A stretch of DNA of 59,868 nucleotides, the filler included, from Platydemus manokwari (taxonomy: Eukaryota): NCBI GenBank assembly GCA_037951405.1. It is 6 parts of 6 records of this genome, joined end to end, with 100 filler letters (N's around TTAATTAATTAA, not from the genome) between each part and the next. Parts side by side here need not be neighbours in the genome. Positions count along the whole stretch, not along the records: positions 50,701 to 59,868 come from JBBMOY011288983.1; 5 more parts are not named here. One strand, given 5' to 3'. The translations under genes and the position numbers were made by a program. Below the pieces are notes generated by a model that saw only the letters and a program-made list of their open reading frames with translations, was not told where the DNA came from and ran no database searches. Shown piece by piece: positions 51,638-59,868 of this stretch (within the stretch, counting starts at the first letter, position 1; each line of letters starts with the position of its first letter).

Positions 51638-54600
51638 ATGATTTATTTGTTGGGGTTCTGGCCCAACTAGTTACTTAAAACAATAATTTACATTGAAAAA
51701 TATGTGTATAACATCTGCACGACAGTACGTATAAAATGTGTATTAATTTTTATTGTATTAATTTTTATTTAATATGCATGTATTTTTATGATTTTACTTC
51801 TCTTGGATTTTTGAGAAACAACTACTCTGAAATATTGATATTTATAATAATTATTATTTATATATATGTAAAATTATTATACCAATAAAATTACCAATAT
51901 CAAATCCAGCGATTCCTAAAAATAATAAGTTAATTTATAAAATATTAATACGAAATAAGTTATCGCGCACTAACAGTGACAAATAAATTGTCATCTGTTT
52001 CTGCGCATGAAAATTCTATAGCAGAATAAAATAATATCACTCGATTGAATTTAATCGAGAGATATTTTCTCTGCCTAATAAATTTATTCAGAGAGAATTT
52101 CTCTCATCAGTGAATAAATTCTATCGATAAAATAATAAATATTCACTGGCATTAAATTTAATCGCAGACAATATCTGCTACTGATTCACTGCTATATAAG
52201 GCAGTGATTTCAATCAACACTGCCATAATATTCACGGACATAGTTTTCGACACCACTACGCTGCTATTATTTTCGCTGCCACAATTCCATAGACGACTTT
52301 ACATCAATTGGAGAAGAATCATCATTCAAATATCCATTCGACGCACTGAAGAAGATCATCAGGTACTGAAGATCAAATTTCCCTTTATATGCCCGGCATT
52401 TGCTGGAAGACCCAAAGTAAGGCCGTACCTATAAAATACCAATCTATATTATATATAGTATCTTGTATCTCATACTATAGAGTTTGTTGCTCAAACATCT
52501 TTAGTATTCGGTTTTACTTCAAGAGAAGGACGTATTAACCACTATCATCTTGAAATTGTAAGCCATCTTGAAAACATATTGGTGTATAGTGTAGTTTTAA
52601 AATCAATTTTTTTAGTTTAATATTTTATGTTTGTTAATTAGTATTGGTGTCATATTTAATAAATATTTGTAGCATTAAAGCTTTAATTTTCTTAATCATA
52701 TAGGGATCATAAATCATAGTTCGTAATTATTGTAAAGAAATATAGTTAATAGTTTAAAAGGGTTTAATTATTTTTGAGACTGATTGATAAAATAGTAAAA
52801 TATATCGCTACTGCCACACCTATTCTCATCATACAATAAGGTTGTGCGAGGTGAAAGAAAAACAATATAAGGTAAATTACGCCAGTGGCCTTAATCAAGA
52901 ACTCATAGGGACTGATTAAGACGGTAGTGATATCAAATAGGATTAAGCTTATTAAAACAAATAATTCAAAAAGACCCGAACGTAAAATATATATGTATAG
53001 ATCTAATAACCCCAAACTACAAAAAAAATTTTAAAAATTTTAAAAAGCTTTAAAAATTTTTTAAGTTCGATTATTTATAAAACATGTCTAACTAGATCAA
53101 ATTACTATTTATTGAAAATTAGCACTGACCATTTTTTAACATTCGAAGTAAATTGTTAGATACTCTAAAATTTCACAATTATTTTATATAAACAACTGAT
53201 ATTAAGTCATTAAATAAGTTTGTTTGTAATTAACTCGATTCATATTTTTCAAAAAATAAATTTCAAAATTCAAAAATTCATAAAGAATAATTGTAATTAG
53301 AATAGGAAATTGGTTTACAAATCTATTTATTTCCTATTCGACATCATAAGATATAAGATATCAACTGAACTATATAAATAAAACAACTTTAACGTAATGA
53401 TGAAATACTTCTAAAATAAAAATGAATTTCTAAAAATGTTATTGTTATTTAATATTGATTGATTTCTTGATATCTTCCTATCTCAAAATCGATGTGTGAC
53501 AATCTCACTCCAATATAAATATAAACATTGATAATTAAAGTATTACTCTATATTTCATTGATGATGATCTTTATTGAAAGTCTTGTTTCCAAACTTAATT
53601 TATCAACATTTCACTATGAATCATTCTAAGCACTTTGTGGAACCAGATAATAGAGAATTTTTAACTCAAAACTTTTAAACGTTAGTAAATTTTGATTTTC
53701 CTAAAGAATTTACCTGTTTTTTAAACTTTTTGATCTGAAATTCCATTTGGTGTTAAAATATGATAAAAATATTATTATAGATAAATTTTGGAATTAAATA
53801 ATGAATAAAAAATGTTACATTAAAGTTAGGTCAAAAGATTATCTTTATCTAAACCAAGTTTTCTAATAATAATTAATTACAATTTAAAAGGGTAAATAAA
53901 TATTTTGACTTTTCCCATAGTTGATGATTTTAAATATTTACATTCTTTAGGGTTTTTTATGAACTAGTTTTTTCTTGTTTATCCGCATCAAATTATTTAA
54001 TTAAATGTATTTCAATACAAAGCGCAGGTTTTATACAATGACATTTTACTTAGTAAAAACTTGATCGAATTAATTATTTTAATTATAATTTATTTATGAT
54101 CATAAAAATTTTTATTTCTTTTAATGGACTAAAAAGGAATCTTAATTTTTTTGTCTTTGACGGGAAATACTTAATATTATATTTCGGTTAAATTTTAGAA
54201 TGGTCAATTTTTTTATGTAAAATATTTAATAAATTATTTTTAACATATCATTAAAATTTATTAATTTCAGACTTTTAGTTGGGGAATGTCAAATGAAAAG
54301 TGAATACTCTATGATATTTGTTGTATGATTAAGTTTATTCAACAAAGCTCTTTGGATATTGAGATAAAAAACGTAATGTTTTATAGATGTAATAACACTG
54401 ATTGATATAAATTGTTGTCCAGCTTTGAATTGAATCCAAAAAGTATCGATACTCGAAAATGTCAAAATCCGAAAAACTATTGTCTATTTCATTCACTATG
54501 CTGTAACTATACAGAGACCATGAATCAATAACTATTTTTCTTATAATCTGCTTTTATTATTAAACTAATAATATTATTTATATTTTTGTATAAAATAGTT

Positions 54601-55429
54601 TTATTATTTGGTCATCCTATGTTAATTTATTTTATTATCTCTTATCTTTGTTTTCATAAAATTAACTTATCTCTGTTTGGTTTTGTAATATTATTATTTC
54701 CATAGTGTTTATGTACTGGATCATTATTTATCCCTGGTTATTGTTATCAAATGAATTCTAAGAGTTTTATCACTGCTCTGTGTAACAATATACAATTTTA
54801 TCCACTTTTTAACGAAATTAATTTTGTTCCATTTTCTGGAGAATAACCAAAAAATTTGATGTTTATGGTATTCACCTTTAGTATATTTTACGATATATTA
54901 TTGGTGTATATGCTGTTTATAGCTAAATGGGTACTGAATTAAAACAACATTAAATAATATTTATTTGAGTGAAGCAATAAATTTAAAGTACAAAATCCAT
55001 TCAAAGGGTTGCATGGTACTTACGCACTTTTTCAACTTAAACAGAAAAACTTAGCGCCAAATAATTTCAACATGGTCGATAACTAATAATTTTAAACAAT
55101 TTTTTTAATTTTATGTGATATTTTTGAACTATTTATCCAAATTGATAATACATACCTCATATAAGAATTATAATTAATTAGATATAATTATCATTATTAA
55201 TTAATTATCTGATTAAGTTGTGGCCATCCATTATAATTGTGGATTTAGAATTTATCGAATTATAAATTAAATTTTATTATAGTTTCGAAGTCAGCCGGGT
55301 TTTGTCTTGACATCAAAAATGCGTCAAAATTTATTGTCTATCGGCGCTTAAAAACGTCGTCGGAGATTGTGTGATTAGCCACGATATAGTAATTCTGGTT
55401 TTGTTTTAATTGATGAATTGATATATAAA

Positions 55430-57700
55430 TTAGTATATAAACAGATAGCCAATATTTGTCCCTAGTCCGAGATACTGATGAGGGCCATGCAAGGCCAAAA
55501 CAGGACACCATGATTTCACAAAACCACCATCTTCGTCAATGGAGCTATTATTCTTGATGGCATCGAGGAATCAACGCGTCCTATATATTTCTAAAAGGAA
55601 TATAACAGAATATATCTCTAAATATGGAATGAATGTTTATTATGCAGAATAAAGGACATTCGTTTAGAGAATGTCATTTAGCCAGAAAGCCTAGTTTTAA
55701 TAGTTCGAGAAAAATACTATGCATCAATGACGAGGAAGATGAATCCGATATTCAAACCGAAAGGGAAACAAGTAATTGTGTTAGCTCATTCTCTATGGAG
55801 GAGAAAAAATTGGCATCAACTTCCTGTGCCTATCTCGTCAGTGGGGTTGAGTCAACAACAGAGATGTAATAGAAGTAAAGAAGACAGACGGCATGATGAA
55901 GAAGAAGCACTCAAAGATGTATCATTAAGCAGATAATATACAGTGGAGTAAAATTTAGTGCAACGGAACACATTTTGAAATGTTATGGGATTCTGGCGCA
56001 TTGATAACAATAATGAATAAGAGAAAATGGGGCGTATAGGAGAGCCGTAAATTAAAAATTCTGATGTTCGATTGACTGGTGTATTCTCCAATACAGACAA
56101 ATCGTGTCTAAGGAAAATAAGAATCCCAACATCAAAATTCTAGTAAAGCAGATCATTGTGGTAAAATAAATTTCACCAGGATTTATCGGAGGAGTTTATA
56201 TGGCGTAGAGATGTGGAATACTTCGTGCAGGAATAGAATCAATTGATGCCATTGATGTGAGAAAGAAATGTAGATAGCAAGACAGAATAAAATCGGTATT
56301 GAAGAATATTGTTGATGAGAATGATATTTCATTGAATAGGTATATTAAAGAAAAAGGCTGAATTTTTAAGACATCTCGGTTCGGTTTAGGAATAACATAT
56401 TTGATGAATCACGAGACCCCAATAAAAAAGAGACGTTGTACAAAATTCTGGACGGCAGCCAATAAATTTAGAAACCAAAATTCAAGAATTGATAGAAAAT
56501 CTTCTTGAAAGTAATGTCATAACGCCTTAAAAGAGTCTTTGGAACTCTCTTTTGATGGTGGTTCCATTGAAAGATGAATAGATCAGGATGTGTTTACATT
56601 AAGATTATTGCCTCATTTTAAGCATAATTTACTGGAAAAGAAATTTTTGACTCACTTTAATCACAAGGTGTTGATATATATGAAGTCAATTCAGTAGTAA
56701 AGAAGAGCAAATATTTTAACGGTATAGAGAAATATGAATTATTTGAAGATATAGTAGTGTATAACGATAATGGAAAGAAGCGAATTGTTGTGTCAGAGTC
56801 TCATTCGCAGAAACTAAATAGATATCTTCATGAGAAGATGTGTTATATCGGTTATAGGAAATTGGTAGATTTCATTCAAAAGATTTACTTCTGGCCAAAT
56901 ATGTCATGAAGCATTGAACACAAAGTACAGGATTGCGATATTTGTGCAAAACAGAAAGTATGCACTAAGGATAGACTAAAGAAAATATGATTTCAAGGGA
57001 AAAGTTTGGTCCTCTGAAACACATCGTTGTTGATACTGCGCACTTCGGGGAATTTATGACTAAAATCAAGTATCTGTTGGTTACTATAGATAGATTCAGC
57101 AAAATCAGTAAGCTTGATGCCACTAATTCGACAAAATGAGATCAGTGTTCTAAGTCTATCATCGATGATTGGAGGATGGTGTTCCAAAATCAATGCTCAC
57201 TGATCGGTGTAGAGAATTCGAGAGAAGGTAAATGAAGGAACTATCTATACGTATTGAAATAATACAAGAACCCAATGCCGGGCCAATGGGTTAGCCGAAA
57301 GAAATATTAGGCCGGTTCGAGATATGGTGGTGACAAATTGGATTTGGATAAATTGATAATTCGGATAGAATTTATCATCGCTTCAACATATCAGAACTCA
57401 ATTCGACATTCCTCTTTTGAAATATTGTTTAGACGACGAATTAATATGCATGGCTCACCACTAAATGAACAAGTCATCATGACCAGATCATCAGCTAAAT
57501 AAGTAGTCACAAAATAAAGGTAAGTGGATGCTAAAAACAGAGGTCGTAGAATTTTCGCGGTTGAAGAAGTTTTAGAGAAGAAAAACACACAGTATAAAGA
57601 ATAACGGAGATCATTATGAAGGTCCTCACAAAATTTTGAAAAATTTAACCCACGTCAAATGCTTCTTAATTTCCAGGGACACCCAAAACCTCAAAAAGAA
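55430..57700 (+). mobile_element. Internally deleted, decayed Ty3/Gypsy element (gag knuckle, protease, RT start, integrase)
   Basis: CLLC/KGHSFREC knuckle (~55635-55675), MLWDSGA protease motif (~55980), SLWNSLLMVVP..IRMC RT start (~56535-56595), LHEKMCYIGY...FWPNMS...CDICAKQK integrase zinc finger, NGLAERNIR, YEGPHKI. Order PR-RT-INT. Confidence 0.9.
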
Positions 57701-59796
57701 AGGAGAGGGAACTTAGATAAATCTTCGATTTTTTTAAATATTCAAGAAAATGCGTGTGACTTTTAAAACAATAAATTTTGATGGAAACCAATGATGTTTT
57801 AAATATATTAATTATTCAAAACCCATTTAAACAGTCTGAGTTCTGAATTTCATTACTTGAATGGTCAAAAATCCTACTTTCTAAAATAGTTTTGAATTAT
57901 ATACGTAGATAAAATAAAAGCCAAATAAGACCGGCAGCAAATACTGAAAACACAGACTACAGATAGTTGTTTATTGAATTACTACCAATTGTTCTCGTAC
58001 TTATACAAAAATTCAAATGTAACAACCTGATGAATGAAGAGTTCGCGCACTTGTTGATTTATAAGTAGATAAACTTATAATCAAAGAATAAATCAGTCTT
58101 GGAAAACGGTTGTAAGGGTATCATTTCTCCAAACTTTAACCTTTTGATCTTCTATAATAATCTTTTAACAAATATGCTTGTATTCGTTTCACAGCGCATT
58201 TATCAGATGGAAAAGAACCGAATAAGACCCTAATCATTTGTAAAATTTAACAAAATATTTTCGAAGAATTTAGAATCTTGGAGTATTAGTTTCTTGTTTT
58301 TATGTCTCATGAGTGCAAGAATTGCTAAGATAATTCTACTTTGCTTTTAATACAATTCAAAATGCGAATGCTTAATGAAAAATTTACCATAATCGACCAA
58401 AATAAACTTTTACACAAAATAAATTTGTCAAATGAACTCATTGTTAATTAAGTTACGTACTAATTAAATTCATCACTACTTTTATATTGACATTTCAAAT
58501 GATAACCTTTTATTCTAAAAATATGACTTCCTTCATGTTTTCTTGGACATTTAAATCCGTAACGGTAATTGTATTAATTAATTGTGTCAAGTATACTTTG
58601 CTGAACTTTCTATCTTTATATATAAATTATAAATTATAACATTTACTTTAAACATGATTTGAAATTTGTATTTCGTTAGACTCACAAATCATTCATAATG
58701 AAATATTGTAATAAATATCTCATGTAAAGAACAATAAACACCGTAATTAGAATAGAAACGATGTTAACCAATCACAGACTAAAAGTTATTTAAATATACA
58801 ATAAGATGTTTAATAGCTTGAGTATTTTTAAATTTGTATTCATCTGTATATGAAACTTTGAAAATCATTTTACTATGGTTTTTAGATATTATTTATCTAC
58901 TAATATTTAATAAGCAACTTGGAATTAATATATAATTCATAACCGAAATTTTATTGTCAACGTTTATGTTATGTTTCATGTAAATATCATACTTTATTTC
59001 ATAATTAATAATAGAAGCTAAATGACCATCAATATCAGGCTTCCTGTAATGAGTCTCGAATTATGTTAGTTATTTGTATTTTCCATGCAATTTGATTAAA
59101 TATAATTAGAGTTGAACAAATAACTGTTAAATTTAATATAGGTTAATCATTAAAAATAAGAATAAACGAAAAGCAATTATTCTTCACGATCCCGCAATAT
59201 AACAGTAATAATAATTCATGGAAAAATTAGGTTCAACACAAAAATGTTTCTATAAATTAATCGGTAATTGTTGGCCACAATTTGAAATAACCTGATAATT
59301 ATTTTAAAATTACAATATCACGCTCTCCATTATGAACCGATACAGTTAAGCTCTTATAACAAGTTAACGAGGCTATCACACAAGATTGGATCAGCATCTG
59401 AAAGTCAAAGACAGAATAGAAAATAAACGAAAACTCTGAAAATCACGTAAAAGTCAAGAATAAAACACATGTTACCGACCAAACAAGACTTGCCGTTACT
59501 AATGGAACTCAACCTCTTATATAGACCTATTTCGTGTTGGTTTGATGTCTCTGAGCTTCGTTTTTTATTTGCTCCATTCGCTGGCACACAGATTTACTTG
59601 TAATTTTCCTTGCATCACTTATATCATTGGCTGATATTTGATTTTGATGCCATATGCTTGTTGAGCGTTAACTTCTAAATATGGATTATTATTAGAAAGA
59701 ATCTTATGGGCGGATGGATTACGTGTTTATCGGATCTGTGAGTGCCATATCTTTTTTGGGAGTTATGTCTTTGGTTTGCGATCTCTTGAGATTTTT

Positions 59797-59823
59797 AACT
59801 CTTTCTCTCTCTCTATCTGTTTC

Positions 59824-59868
<45 letters not shown>
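59797..59868. repeat. (TC)n microsatellite
   Basis: Imperfect then perfect TC dinucleotide run to the window end; a shorter one lies at ~19765-19790. Confidence 0.95.

Noticed and set aside
1-59868. Prokaryotic defence systems, CRISPR arrays, rRNA or tRNA genes
   Set aside because: None seen; the DNA is eukaryotic with spliceosomal introns, and no repeat-spacer array or cloverleaf was recognised.

Overview
This is very AT-rich (roughly a quarter G+C by eye) nuclear DNA from an invertebrate animal, not a prokaryote. The window is six unrelated ~9-11 kb contigs (1-10543, 10644-19598, 19699-29965, 30066-39720, 39821-50600, 50701-59868) joined by an artificial N44-TTAATTAATTAA-N44 spacer, so there is no real linkage across spacers. 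Recognisable content: the last coding exon of a group I-like metabotropic glutamate receptor; an intact 542-codon orphan ORF; a nad5 NUMT; and many transposon relics (three Ty3/Gypsy, one NeSL/R2-type RLE retroposon, a Chapaev3-like transposase, a hAT/Buster MITE with a perfect 8-bp TSD, solo LTRs). The most interesting signal is a three-member paralog family on three separate contigs, with one conserved 43-51 nt phase-0 intron. It encodes signal peptide + PAN/Apple module + a domain resembling the TCAF/FAM115 N-terminal domain, with no M60 peptidase. The copies are intact, singly frameshifted and decayed, which suggests an expanded, fast-turnover secreted family. The low GC and tiny introns would fit a compact-genome invertebrate such as an orthonectid, but the sequence cannot establish the species. 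All family assignments rest on motifs recognised by eye; no database search was run.
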